64,000 nucleotides of DNA from Lytechinus pictus (GCF_037042905.1 NC_087253.1:5270001-5334000), one strand, 5' to 3'; counted from the first letter of the stretch, positions 12,623 to 26,239 are shown. Program-made: numbers and translations. Notes: generated by a model not told the origin, from the letters alone.

Positions 12623-13150
12623 TACCCCCTGTCTCTTCGTCACTCACACCCCCTTACTGTTTTCCCTCCCTATTTTTGTCCTACCAATGTAGCTCCATGC
12701 TCCTACTCTCGGAAAGAGTTCATGTTTATGTGCTCGAGCTATTAGTAACCCGGTGAGCAATAATCGAAGCGATTTATAGTTGACCCTGGCATCCGACAGC
12801 AGTACTGCCTCACCTTTCGATGCAAATCATGCCAGATGTGAGAAAAAAAATAATATTGACAGCAGTGAAACAGGGTAACATTTCAAAGCTCTAACAGACT
12901 GTGTGTTTTATTTATGAAACGTAATTGAAAAATTTAATTTGGATTTTATTATTTTCTCAATTTGAATGGTGATTTTAGATGACAAGCAGCGAAATTGAAG
13001 TTTTAAAGTTAACGTGGGTTATTTCAGTTTGTGTATTTTGGGGGGAAAAACGAGGGAAGATACATGAGCGTTTTTTTGTAAGCACATACGTCAATAAATT
13101 TGGAATACGACTGGTAAATGAAACTGATTTTAAAAGTAATGCATTTTCAA

Positions 13151-13558
13151 GGTAAATTGCCAATTCGTCCACTGCCAACTCGTTCACTCACCACAAGGTC
13201 TACCTTCATTTAGTCTAATGCCATTCCGTCCATCAACATTTCGTCTAACACCCATTTAGTCCAATAACCAGTTAGTCCAATCATCACTTCGTCTAATCAC
13301 CAGTTCGTCTATGACCATTTCGTCTAATAACCAGTTGGTTTAATACCCATTTTCTTTTCATTCATTTTGCACAACTAACACTTTAGTTCAATTAGACCAC
13401 ATGGTATATGGACTAAATGGCTATTGGACCAACTAGTTGTTAGACGGAATGGCATTAGACTAAATGAAAGTAGACCATGTGGCAAGTGGACGGTCTGATG
13501 GTAGGCCAGACGAGTTGGCAATTGGACGAATTGGCATTAGACGAATTGGAAATTAACC
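13151..13558. mobile_element. GG...CC foldback-like element with internal about 18-bp repeats (family F, 8-bp TSD class)
   Basis: TIR ggtaaattgccaattcgtc/gacgaattggaaattaacc; copies at 37055-37427 and 60255-60642. Confidence 0.85.
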
Positions 13559-13716
13559 CATTCTAAAGTACTTTAAATGGAATTATATGTAAAAACACAG
13601 TTGAGCAATAATTTAGAATACCATCATACTTGTTTGTTTGGCGAGATACCCTCCTGTCAATCAAACCCTTGCGCATTTCCAGATTCTTCCAGCCAAATTT
13701 AACTAAGGAATCCCTG

Positions 13717-13979
13717 GGTCCCGTCTTACAAAGAGTTGTAGTTGATCCGATCAACCACACCTATGGAAAGCCAGCAACGTCAACATCTAAAATGCATGTT
13801 TGATCATTTTTTTTATATGCTGTTTATTCATACATTAATTGCTTATTTGAAAAGTTAGGGTGATTCTCTTTGTTTACAAAGGACATTGCGCAAATTTCAC
13901 TGTAGAAAAAATGACACTGATGGATTTCCATACATTTGAGGTCGATCAAATCAATTGTAACTCTTCGTAAGACGGGGCC
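13717..13979. mobile_element. PIF/Harbinger-type MITE family I (gtcttacaaagagtt TIR)
   Basis: TIR ggtcccgtcttacaaagagttg/taactcttcgtaagacggggcc; further copies at 16524-17070, 40589-40657 and 55123-56234. Confidence 0.85.
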
Positions 13980-14071
13980 CTCATGAAACTCTTCCCAGTG
14001 AATTATAGTGAGTTGCATTTGCCTGCTCTTATCATTAGCTGAAATATACGAATGCTTTGTCGAATTATCTG

Positions 14072-14217
14072 GGGCCCGGTTGCATAGAGTGCTGTGTTTA
14101 AACGCAAGTAAAAAAATCAACCGTAAGTCTCGAATGCACGCTTCTGATTGGTTGAACATCAAGTTGTGTTTGATTTGGAAATATGCGTTTGATTGCAAGT
14201 CTTTCAGCAACTGGCCC
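14072..14217. mobile_element. PIF/Harbinger-type MITE
   Basis: gggcccggttgc.../...gcaactggccc with CTG on both sides. Confidence 0.7.
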
Positions 14218-14298
14218 CTGGAGTAGAAATTGACGAAAGCATGGGAGAAGGGAGGGGAGATATAAGAGATATAAGGATACTGTAGGTCTCGTTCTTAA

Positions 14299-14903
14299 AG
14301 GTCAAGTCCACCCAAGAAAAATGTTGATTTGAATAAATAAATAAAAATCAAACTAGCATAACGCTGAAAATTACATCAAATTCGGATGTAAAATAAAAAG
14401 AAAGTTATGACATTTTAAAGTTTCGCTTATTTTTCACAAAACAGTGATATGCACAACTCAGAGACATGCAAATGAGACAGACGATGATGTCACTCACTCA
14501 CTATTTATTTTGTTTTTTATTGTCCGAATTATACAATATTTCATTTTTTGCAGATATGACAATAAGGACCAACTTGACTGAACCACATCGTATTAAACAA
14601 TAGTAATTCCACATGTTCTGGAGGAATTAATTGTTGTTTCACTTGACAATGAGGAGAAAATTATAATATTTCATATTTCATATAAGAAAATACAAAAGAA
14701 ATAGTGAGTGGATGACGTCATCAGTCTCCTCATTTGCATACCAACCAGGATGTGCATATAACTGTTTTGTGAAATTAAGGGAAACTTTAAAATGTCATAA
14801 CTTTCTTATTTTACATCCGATTTTGATGAAATTTTAAGTGTTATGCTTGTTGGATTTTTCTCTTATTATTCAAATCAACTTTTTGTTGGGGTAGACTTGT
14901 CCT
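14299..14903. mobile_element. Kolobok-type MITE family D
   Basis: TTAA at 14295-14298 and 14904-14907; about 150-bp imperfect TIRs; sister copy at 28833-29403. Confidence 0.88.
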
Positions 14904-15907
14904 TTAAAGACTTATTATAGTAACAAATGTACAATATTTATTCCGAATGTGCTATCAGCCAATCAGACTGAATGATTACAGTAGCTTTTAACTGTTACTG
15001 CAAGTTTGTCATTATAACAAGTTTTAATGAAATGGACCACAGATTTCGCCATACACAAAGTCCACATCTTCCGCGCGCATCTCTCCATGAAGACTGGGAT
15101 TCGAAGAGCCCATGTATACTTCTATACACGCAATATGAAAACTGGGGTGTTGAAACTAGCACCAGTTGGACTCCATAGAGAACCATACACCAAGGTGTTA
15201 AATGACACCCTAAATACTGAGCATAACACCAAAGGGTGTAAAAATTACAAGGAAAGGTGTTGTAAAGACACCCAAAGGGGTTGAAGTAACACCACACATA
15301 GAAGCGGAGTTAAATGTCCGGTGTGGCCATCTACTGTATGTATACCTGGCCACTTCGTAGTTTTTGCTCTACGCAGTCGAAATGGAAAGTTGATGGGAGA
15401 AGATTGGCAAGATCTACACCTCATTTTGGTGTGGGTAGCTTCTGTTCTTCATACTATCATGACTATGCATACATTTATTGCTAAATAAACATCACTCTCT
15501 GCATCTCCATCATTGTCCATGCATATTCAGGTGTCACTTACGCATGTCGTATCTAGACATCGTATCTCCCACTTCGGATTGCCTCTGTAAGGTAAGTAGG
15601 GGGAGGGAAAATGCGCGTGCCGTACGGCTTTGTTACGATTTTCTTTCTCCCATCACAATGTTTAATGCCACCACAATCTTTACAATTAAGTTGTAGGACA
15701 GATTTGACATGAGCCTATGAACCTATATTCAATCTCGTCTAAAGACCAGTCAACCCAAATAATGATTACGTTAACAGACTTCACGGACGTGCTCGGATTG
15801 TAATGTTGAGTTAATGTTCCTTCGATTTGAATATTTTTAGCCAGATCCCCGACCGCCATGGCATACTTCTGTAATATACCTCGCTTTCCGCATATACATA
15901 TTTTTAA

Positions 15908-16107
15908 GGTGACACGACATTTGCTCCTGCGACAATTGCTCCGAGCTTAATTTCGTCTAAAATGTGGGGTTACGGTATCAATATGGTCTTATGTTAAGTT
16001 TAGGGTAGGGTAGGGTATAGTGTTAACCCAAGGTTGAAGTCGGTCATTTGATTAGTGTGTGGAATTTTGAGCGGAGCAACTATCGCCAGAGCAAATGTCA
16101 TGGAACC
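15908..16107. mobile_element. GG...CC MITE with 8-bp TSD and internal TAGGG-type repeats
   Basis: TIR gacatttgctcc/gagcaaatgtc; TSD atttttaa/aattttaa (7 of 8); internal ttagggtagggtagggt. Confidence 0.75.
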
Positions 16108-16126
16108 AATTTTAAACTTGAAATCA

Positions 16127-16400
16127 AACGTAGAAACCATCAATTTTGCCTGAAATTCCCTTCTACTATAGATTTTTCTGTTCCTCTTTGAGTTTCTCAT
16201 GATTTGTCTTGTAGGCCTATTGATTAACATCATCGCCGTCCCCATTTCTGATGAAGGTTGAGTACAATTCTATTGTTGGTAGGATGAAGCTGAAATCTCC
16301 CTGGGGAAAAAGGAATATGAAGAGAGGAAGTGACGTGCAAAAAAATATCGATCAAATGTGGGTACAGAGCACTATGTTACACTGTTGCTTGCAAACCCGA
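16127..16400. repeat. About 270-bp segment duplicated at 29412-29685
   Basis: Direct alignment, roughly 90% identity by eye; no TIR or tail seen. Confidence 0.9.
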
Positions 16401-16523
16401 TACGCCCCTTGTTGCAATATTTACCCTATTTCAAAGGCATTAAGATATCAGAATTCGCATTATCTACCGCAATCGAACACCTGATATGAGAGCCTGAATA
16501 TTGATGTGCGTACAGTAGCACCG

Positions 16524-17070
16524 GGCTCTGTCTTACAAAGAGTTACGATTGATCCGATCAATTGCAACTATGGAAAGCCAGCAAAGTCAACATGTAAAAA
16601 TGCATGTTTGTTCAAAAGATTTCTAGGTATGAATGTATATCCATAAATTAATTGATTTCTTGACAATTTGGTGTGTTCTCCTTTGTTTACAAAGGACATT
16701 TTGCAAATTTCCTGTAGAAAAAATTGACACTGATGGATTTCCATAGAGTTACGATTGATTGGATCAATTGTAACTCTTTGTAAGACGGGGCCGAGGGCTC
16801 TGTCTAACAAAGAGTTGCGATGGATCCGATCAACCACAGCTATGGAAAGCCAGCAACGTCAACATCTAAAATGCATGTTTCTTCAAAATGTTTTAGACAC
16901 GATGTATACTCGTACATTCGTCGTTGTCTCGAAAATTGGGTGTGCCCTCTTTGTTTACAAAGGACATTGTGCAAATTTCCTGTAGGGAAAACATTATGAC
17001 AATGATGGATTTCCATGTACATGTAGTTGAGGTTGATCGGATCAATCGCAAATATTTGTAAGACGAGACC
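16524..17070. mobile_element. Tandem pair of family I MITEs (16524-16792 and 16796-17070)
   Basis: Two TIR-bounded units separated by 3 bp (gag). Confidence 0.85.
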
Positions 17071-17259
17071 ATGTTGTGAATTTTGATGCAAGAGTTGGGC
17101 CGTACATGGTATGCATGGTGGAACACGGGTGTTTAGAACTTTGTGACATTTTCCTGTGAGATGTCAATCAATCAACAGTATAATAAAGTGAATGATATAC
17201 GACGTAGAACGATGGGATTAACAATAATGTCATTTGTTACCCTTTCACACCCCCCAATC

Positions 17260-19280
17260 ACTCTCTCTCCCCATCTCTCTCTTTCTCTCTCTCTCTCTCA
17301 CTCTCCCCTTCCTTTCCTGTCTTCATTTCCAAATCAGTTACTCTGTTCCACAATTTCTACACTACACATTCATGCACGATCATGACGAATGTCATGATAT
17401 TCAGGTATAGTATGCAGATATTATAGTGCATGCTATATTCTTTCACTTCGTACTGCTTCCCTATTCATAATCCTAATTCTTCATTATTTTATAACATGTC
17501 TGTCTCTCCCACATACACACGCCATCCAACTCACACACTCATACAAGCTCGTTCCACACACTCGCACATCCCCCAAACATGCCAAAGAATGACATAGGCC
17601 TACTTCTCAATGTTTCTATCTCTCTTTAACTGTCTTTTCCTCTCGTTTTTTCTGGATCTATCTGTGCCTGCCTCTTCATTTGTCTCTTTCCCTGTCTATC
17701 CCTCTTTCGTTGTTTCTCTACTCCTTTTGCAACGGTACAGCCTCCCTTTCTCTTCCTCTTTCTTCCCTTTTCTTTCTCTCTTCTTCTCTTACGACAGTAC
17801 TTTTTTTTTCTTTCTCTGTCTTTCTCTTCCATTTTCTCTTCTCCTCTTTCGACGGTTCAACTCCTTTCTTTCCTTTTGTTTTAAATCTCTCTGACTTAAT
17901 CACTCCTTATTGTCAATACCAGCTGTACATCATCTCGTTTCATCGACCTGAGGATTTGAAGGCACCTGTAACTCTGCTCCGTCAGCTTTCTAGGCCAATT
18001 CCTTCCCCTCTTTCATATCCTCTTTTTCGTCCTCTACATTCTATTTTCTTTCCTTTTCATCCATTGTACATGTTGCTATTGCCTTCCCTTCCTGTCTTTA
18101 CCCCCCCCCCCCCCAATATTCAATTTTGTTGCAAATCAAAGCACTTGTGATTTACAGTGAACTTGAATACAATGAGAGGGGAGGCAGGGCGAGAGAAAAA
18201 AGGGGGGAGGGGTGAATAGAAAAAAGAAGTTTAACTGTTTCACTCATATGGATGGAGAAGGTCCGATAAAAGTTTGAAATTCGAATACTGTAACAATTTT
18301 ATCGATTACAGAATACCATGCTAAAATTGAGAATGTGAACACTTGGTTAATCTATTCTGAATGCCATACCGGTAAACATTTTGTCGGTGGATATCATGAC
18401 AAACTGCATGCTGGGTAGTAGGGTAGATCCATCGTGCATGATTACTGGTATTATTTTCACATAGACGTCAATGGGCTTTCACAGCCAGCGATAAGTAGTC
18501 ACAACTTCGGGTAGTCAAGGCTGACACCTCGAAAAAACTTGATCATGACCGACAGTCCGAGTAACGAATACTGATGAGGTGGAAATGATGGGAAGGATGG
18601 GGAGTAATAAGAGAGGGAGAGAGTGAGAGAGGGAGAATATGTGTGTGTGTGGGGGGGGGGGGCTGAAAAGTGGAAAGTATTGTGGAGGTTCCGTGGCCGA
18701 ATGGTGCTTCTGTTAAACACACGAATGCCAGAGGTTCGGATTCCTGGCTACAGCTTCGGGGTGGTGGGGGGGGGGCATATATCCACTGTCCTTTTATCAG
18801 TTATTGAGAAAAGTGTGTGTGTGTGTGAGAGAGAGGGTGTTTGTGTGTGTGGGTTCGTGTATGTGTGTGTAAGAAGTGTGTTTGTGTGCGATAGAAAGAG
18901 GAAGCATAGATACCGGGAATGAGAGAGAATGTGAGGGTGTGTGGAGGGGTGCGTGTTCTTGTGTGAGACCATGGTCCATTTCGGTAGGATCCATATATAG
19001 TGAGACCATGAAGCTACATTATTTTGGAGGGTACTTATGTGTGTGTATGTGTGGTCCAGCATTATACTTCAAACTGTCTATCTCACACGCTCTCCATGTC
19101 TGTTTTATTTCTTGCAAGCTCTGTCCGTAGGTTTCTTCGTGCTTTTATATATATCTGCCCCCCTCCTTTCACTAGCTGTCTCTCTATATGTTTCTATCTC
19201 CCCACTTCTCCTCAAGGAGAATTCCCCCCCCCCCGCACTGTCTAGTTATAACTCGATCTCCTTTTTCTTTTTTTTCTTCA
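17260..19280. repeat. CT-rich and GT/GA-rich low-complexity tracts
   Basis: (CT)n, (CTT)n, (GT)n and (GA)n runs; they account for the F/S/L-rich and K/R/E-rich spurious ORFs. Confidence 0.8.
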
Positions 19281-20807
19281 CTCCCAGTTGGTAACTTCCA
19301 ATACCGATACAAGATACAACCTCTCTTATGCCTATGCAATAAGCCCATCTAACCTTAGGGGAAGTCAATAAAACTCGTCTGCATCAATTCGCCCCGTCAA
19401 AGCGAATGACAAAATACGCGGAAAACCTAACTCGACAGCTGCCCCACGGTCGTTTCGATGATATTAACGCGTTTGATATGCAGTCGAGGGTTCATTGTAC
19501 GAGCGAAGAACGACTGTCCCTAGAGTCTATAGGTTACCCGTGTTTGGGATGTTTTGGGTTGACGGTGGGAAAAGAAAGTGGTCGGGTCGAAAAGGGGTTT
19601 GTTGCGAGCTCGGGGAATTCCATGGTAGCAAATAAAAAGATTATTTGATTATACACGTCCAGCGCAGATATCTTAGACTAAGGAGCTTATTTAATTTAGA
19701 AATTTCCGCTAGCACTTGTTTGCTAAACAAATCAACTTCAGACCTTCCCTGCTCAGACATATGCACACTACCCTTTTACCTTTTTTTCTGGAAGTGTCGG
19801 GCATACTACTAACATGAAAGGATATTCTTTCAATGCCCTGCTACAGTGAAGTGAACTGACAAAAGGGGAAATTTAAATGCCCTGCTTCGGTGAAATGAAT
19901 TAAAAAAGAAATCAAAGTAGAAAACTGTATCCATTTGTCAATATATTGTGGCATTGTTCCTACTGTATGAATATTGTTATTAAAACGAATGCAAGTAAAC
20001 ATAAATAAGTATAGATGAATATGTTAAGTCATAATAATTATACTAATAATAACGATACTAAAAAAGAAATGAATAGATAGTGAAATAATAAAATGAAATA
20101 TACGAATGAATAAATAATAGTTATTAATAATGCGCTTAATACATGTATTGTACGTAACTAAAGCGCTTACAAATTTATTATTACCCGGGTCATCGGATTC
20201 AACCAGTCATTCCCACAATGTAAGCACACCCTCCACTCCCTGCGGAGTATCCAGCCAGTCATGATTACTGATGCCCAACCATTACTGGATAAGGTATGAT
20301 GACTTTCTCATCCTAAAGCGTAAATGAAATATAAAATATACGAATAGATAAATATACAAATACGTAAATATGTATAAAATGATAATACATAATATATTTA
20401 TATATATATATATTTATGTATACATTTATAAATATATATATATATACTGAGATTAAAGAATTAAAAAAGAACAATTAATATAATAAATATGAAATACAGA
20501 TAAATCAATCTATAGATACTTAGATATAATCAATCAAAGTGAAAACAATAAACATCAGTTTTTGGTCCTTTTCTCTTTCCCTTTCTTGAAAATATATATG
20601 CCCTCTACATTTCCTCCCGCCCTTTTACCTGGCTACCCCTCTGTGCGTCCCAAGCTGTCAGGATGTAATTGTGCATTATCTGTGATGACCAACCGTGTTG
20701 AATTATATTCAGGCATGTAAAACACATGGTCATCGTATATCATTTTGTGGCGTCGTGCAAGGTTTCAGCTGCGGTCATTTATCTTAAAGAGAAGGAATGA
20801 GTCAGTA

Positions 20808-21067
20808 CTCTCTCACGTTTTTTTTACCAACTGATGAGTTTGTTAAAACATGAACCTTCCATCTATTTGTGAAATCAGAATTGCATGCATAATGACTTTG
20901 GATTTTCTTTTTAACCAACGGATTGTCTTTTTAACCAACGAATTTTATTTTTAACCAACGGATTGTCTGTTTAATCAACGAATTTTATTTTGACCAACGA
21001 TTTGTATATTTAACAAACGGATTATCTTTGTCAACTCACGGCTAATTGGTTAAGAAAATTCTGAGAG
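20808..21067. mobile_element. TA-flanked CACTA-like element with an internal 20-bp tandem repeat
   Basis: ta|ctctc...tgagag|ta; about 7 units of ttaaccaacggattgtcttt at 20905-21040. Confidence 0.65.
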
Positions 21068-23109
21068 TACATGCCCTTTAATAGTTAGATTGTACTCCGA
21101 CAAAACAATTTCATCCACATACATGTAGCTAGATGATTATTAGGTATTCCTTTGTAATTGTTTTCGAAACCTATGATGTTGTTTCGGTATTCGGTTAATT
21201 CTACTTTATCCCCCCCCCCCTGCAAGAAAAAAAAATATTTGTATTCATTCATGCATTATTTGTCCGAATTGTTAAGATATACGCCATGGTAGCTGGTTTC
21301 AAGGGAAGTATGTTTTTTTCCCCATCCTATCACCAAGGTTTAGGGCCTAAACCTTAATTTTCTAAACTGTATGTCTGCTATCAGCAGATCAGATTTTTCA
21401 AATTAATATGAACCTACCAACGGTTGGTTTAAAAATATATACATGTAAAAGAAATGCATTCCTTAACCAACATTGATAATGTTTATAATATGTTAGCAGT
21501 GCTAAATTAATCTGATTTGCTACGACACAAATCGAGTTTTCTTTTCGATCTCCGTATCTGATTGCCTAAACACATGATGTTATTTTCACAAGTGATTATC
21601 AGTCCCTTTAATTTGTCGTATGTGTGCGCGAGGGTGCTGATGCGTGCGTGTGCGATAGGTGTGCGCGCGCGTGTCTATCTATCTATGTGTTTGTATGTAT
21701 GTAAAGAATACACACGCTACATAAACCGTACTCCAATTTAAATACCTTCTGTTCGTAGTGTCATGAGAATAAGTTAACCATGTAATGGAACTGTGCGGTT
21801 ATTTCACATCTGGTAAAGATAGCACTGTGTAAACGAATGGAGATGTATGTTAGAGTACATGTTCATGGCGCTCGGACTTTGAGTGAATGACTGTATTTGT
21901 CAATGTCGCATTGTGTGCTGCTCATCTTTCACATATCGAGAGTTTCATATATTGAGTGAAAATGTAGCATGCCATAGCTCTGCAACTGGCATGCTTGTGA
22001 AGTGCCGAATGGGAGGCGGATCAGTTTTCTCCATGGTTTAAAGGCCGGCTCTGCCCAATAACATGGTGATTGGAAAAAACATGGAAAAATCAACAAGAAT
22101 AAGGATGAAATACCGAACGTTACCTTAAAAGATGCGTGATTGATGTGTGAATAAAAATATAACAGTAATATGTTTTGAAATAAACCAATTGATGTTATAT
22201 CAATATATAAGATTTTAAAGGAAAAGGACGGGAGTGATATTTTCGCAGAGACATGATAACTGCGACGTTTTCCAAATGAAAATTCGGATTAACATTGTTA
22301 GTAATCACGTTCGGCTCTTCTATGACACATATCTGTACCATTTAACGTCTCTGCGCAGTTGCGCTTCCAGAGGATTTTGATATCCCTGGCTTAATACCGG
22401 CAAGCCTTTTAAAGAGCACGTAGACCTATGTTATTCTATTATAATTGATCTTAAACCTTTGTGTTCATACTCACTCTTTTATCCGCTTCTGTTTTATGTA
22501 AGCACCCACTGGATAGGGTCAAATTGTCTTTATTGACTACAGTAATTCAGTTAACTTTATTTGACCCTGGCAGTCCAGTGGGTGCTCAATCTATAATGTT
22601 ATGTTTATTATGTGTTGTACTACACTGTACCAATTTCTTGTACTTTTCATTGCCGAAATAAATGATAATAATTAAGGAATGAATAAGCCTACTTGCCAGG
22701 TACCTAATTATGTCAATTTAGCCTCAAGTTTAGGCCAGGGCCCATGGTTGGTCATTTTTTTCAAAAATAATGAAATTTGAAGAAATGGTGAACCAAGTTG
22801 TAATCACTGTAAGACAGAGAAATACCATTTAGTTTTTACAGATGCCAATGGGTCGCTTGACTGTTAGGTTAATCGCTTATCAGGAAATCTATATTTTCAT
22901 CGCTATGTAATTTCCTCCGCTTTTTCTTTCTAGCCCCATAACTCATCGCCCCTACCCCCTCTCTCTCTCACACACTCTCACGCACCTGTCTCTGTGTACC
23001 TGTGTTTCTGGGTATGTGTGTGGGTGGATGTGAGCGTGTGCTTGTGTGAGGGCGTATTTCCTTCTTTCTATTCATCAGTCTCTCCCTCTTTCTGACAGTC
23101 TCCCAAATC

Positions 23110-23205
23110 TTTCTTTCTATCTATCTTTCTTTCTATCTATCTTTCTATCTATCTATCTTTCTATCTATCTATCTTTCTATCTATCTATCTTTCTATCTAT
23201 CTATT
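23110..23205. repeat. (TATC)/(TTTC) microsatellite
   Basis: Seen directly. Confidence 0.9.
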
Positions 23206-23630
23206 TCTTCACCCCGCTGTCTTTCTTTCCATCTGTCTGTGTTTATGTTACCCCGCTCCCCATCGGTTGCTCCATCTATCTGTTTCTATCTGATCTCTCT
23301 CTCCCCCTCTCTCTTCTGTCTGTCTCTCTATCTTTCCCTGTCTCTCTTTATTTCACATCTCTCACTCTCCCTCTCTTTCTCTCTATGTGACCCTGGTCCG
23401 CCCTCGACTACCAACCCTCTCTCTCTGTGTTCACAGCTTCTAATCAATATCACCATGGCATGTCCCTTTCACGTCGCTACGAGGCTACATCACCTCGACG
23501 CAGTGATGCATTCCGTGGGGGCAGTAGTTTAACATCTGCGCCAGATGGGCTGGCTGAGTGGCCAGGCCTGCATGCCTGGTCAACCGCGTCGTGGTCAGTC
23601 GCTATTTCACGGGAGAAAATCCTTGGCTTG

Positions 23631-23759
23631 GGTCCCATAACACAAAGGTTAGGGATCAATCGTAAGCTTGATTTTTACGACTGATTGTACATTGTAGTCA
23701 ATGCAGTAAATCGTAGAAAAATGTTCTACGATCATTGCTAAGCTTTGTGTTACGGGCCG
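23631..23759. mobile_element. PIF/Harbinger-type MITE
   Basis: TIR ggtcccataacacaaag/ctttgtgttacgggccg; ttg/ctg flanks; relatives at 40214-40342 and 62381-62498. Confidence 0.8.
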
Positions 23760-26109
23760 CTGGTCGCTCGCGTTGATGACACACGGTTCGGTGACGACGA
23801 CGGGCAGGGTTGGATGCTGGTCGATGATTATGATGGTTCCCACGGCACACGATGCGCCATGCATTTTCATCAGCCGAATGCGATAACCGTACATCGAAGT
23901 AAAGGGTATGAAGTATAGGCAGCGCTCTGTTGAGATAGGGGAATAGATATGTCACCATACCCCCCCCCCCCCTTTTTATAAGGGGTCACTCATCCCCCTT
24001 GGATTTCAAAATATAACATTTCAATTTCTTCTATTTTAGACAAAATGCCAAATTCAGATCAATCATTTAAATGTTTCATATGCATTTGAGGGTCCATTGT
24101 TGTAATATTAGCCCCCCCCCCCATTATTGTTTCACAAAAATATACATGGAAAAGTCTCCACCCGAGCCCCACTACATTAAACATCATTCTTCCCAAAACT
24201 AATTACAACTCCCCCCCTCCCCCCCCCCAACAAAAAATGAAAAAAATGAAAGAAAGAAATAAATGAAATAAATAATAATAATAACAATAATAATAAATAA
24301 ATGAATAAGTAAATTAATTAAAGGTATTAGAATGTTAACATTTTCTATTCAGTTTTTTCCGATTATTTTTAACCATTCTTACAAGTTATTCTGCTTGAGC
24401 CGTCATCGGTCTGCCGTACTGATCAACCGTGGATTTGCCGTAACTGCGGTGAAGGCTCGTTCAATCAGCCAAAATTTATTTGCGATATAGCGCCATCTCT
24501 TGTTTACTTTCGTCTTACTGAATCTTTGTTGCAATGGTTTCTCTGCATCATTGTACTCATTGCGATATTGTGCCTACTCGCGCTTTCTTTCATTTTTCAT
24601 CATTTCATTAACGGGAAATACATTGTTGAGTTCGAAGTGTTAGATACTTATAGTGACACTCCAATTTCCGTGTATGATTTCGAAGAAAATGTCAGTGGAT
24701 TTCCATTATGTGGCGACTGGAATAACAAGCAAATACCGAAATTCGAACGCGATTTGTGTTGCAATCAATTTGCACAATATCAGGATTGTTCTTTCTTGTG
24801 AGGCATTATGACATTTCTTTATGGCCAAAGTCATAGTACTGTATAGTATTGGCCTATCCTGTTTGTTGTTGGTTGGTTTTTGTTTTAAGTGCAGCCGGTT
24901 TGTAATAACAATTGATCACCCGAGTTACATTTCTATTCCGAGGAATAGGTCGGATCCATGGGGGGGGGGGGAGGGTTGAAGGGCCCCGCCCGAAAAAGAC
25001 ACACTCCCCCATTAAAAAAAAAACCTGTCAATATTTGGGCCGAATTTACTTTGTTTGTGATCATTAACCTTTTTTTTTTTTATATACGTTTTACATTTAT
25101 TCTTTTTTTAATTTTATTCCATTTATTTATTTTTCATTTTTGTAATGTTATTAGTGTATTTTTTTCGGGGGAGGACTTACTTGGATGAATATTTTATATA
25201 GCACTGCTCCCTATCCTTGTTTGTTTGTATTTATTTCCATGTAAAACAAAAAATATGCATGATTAAATTGAAAAAAAATAAAAATCTTCAAATATAAAAT
25301 GGAGGCTTGCCCATTTCAGCAACCACTGTTCTTCCATGGGTTCCTTTTCAACGTAAATACTTACTATAATAAACAAAAAAATATATATATATACACTGTA
25401 AAAACACAATACTTAATTGAATACATTACAAGAAAAGGTATAGTATATACCCTCTTAGAGTTCGATAGTGTGAAAGCGGTCGTCTGAGACCGTACTCTTC
25501 AGCTGTTTCGTGAAGAACAGATGAGGGTCTCCTCACCTGCCTTAAAGAGCATATGGCAGTCAATCGGGTTTTGATATCAGAAACGAAAGTTCAAGGACTA
25601 GTCTGACTTTACGTTACCAAAGATGAATGTACACGTGGGCGACCTAAGAGAACCCTTACCCTTTGTAATCTCTCACGCACAAGGAGAGTTATGTAGCCCG
25701 AGTGGGTGATTTCAAGTTCAGTGTTGATATTTGGTGTTAGTGTTAGGCCAAATTTTTACAGGAGTATAACACCAAACGTAAAGTGAAGATGGTCCTGAAA
25801 ATTACTCACGTGGTGTTGACCTGATCTGGACTATTTGTGAAAGCTCAAAATAATTTTTTTGGAGCTAGAAAACGCGATCCAAATTGTGCTTCTAATACCA
25901 ACACCAATACAGGACTTGGTATCATCCAGTGTGTTGAAGTGCTAAAGCAGTGACGGGTCCAGTTGGGGGCGCAAGGGATGAGCGCCCCTTCTATATTTTG
26001 ATAACCATCGCTTTTACAAACATATCAGAAGGTATTTTAAAGAAAATTGTCATCCGCGCCCCCTCTTTTTTCAAATACATTTTACACCTTCTAGTTCGAA
26101 ATCATTATC

Positions 26110-26239
26110 NNNNNNNNNNNNNNNNNNNNNNNNNNNNNNNNNNNNNNNNNNNNNNNNNNNNNNNNNNNNNNNNNNNNNNNNNNNNNNNNNNNNNNNNNNN
26201 NNNNNNNNNNNNNNNNNNNNNNNNNNNNNNNNNNNNNNN
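26110..26239. other. Assembly gap (130 N)
   Basis: Run of N. Confidence 1.

Noticed and set aside
15531-15591. 61-nt AG...GTAAGT candidate exon
   Set aside because: Good donor, but no recognisable peptide or partner exon; not supportable without RNA data.
17610-19294. Cluster of overlapping 60-156 aa ORFs
   Set aside because: They are translations of CT/GT/GA low-complexity DNA.
20905-21040. Regular 20-bp repeats resembling a CRISPR-like array
   Set aside because: Head-to-tail units with no unique spacers, inside a TA-flanked element, in a eukaryotic context with no cas genes.
24526-24801. 91-aa ORF with a hydrophobic N-terminus
   Set aside because: TTG start, T-rich composition explains the hydrophobicity, and there is no domain or splice support.
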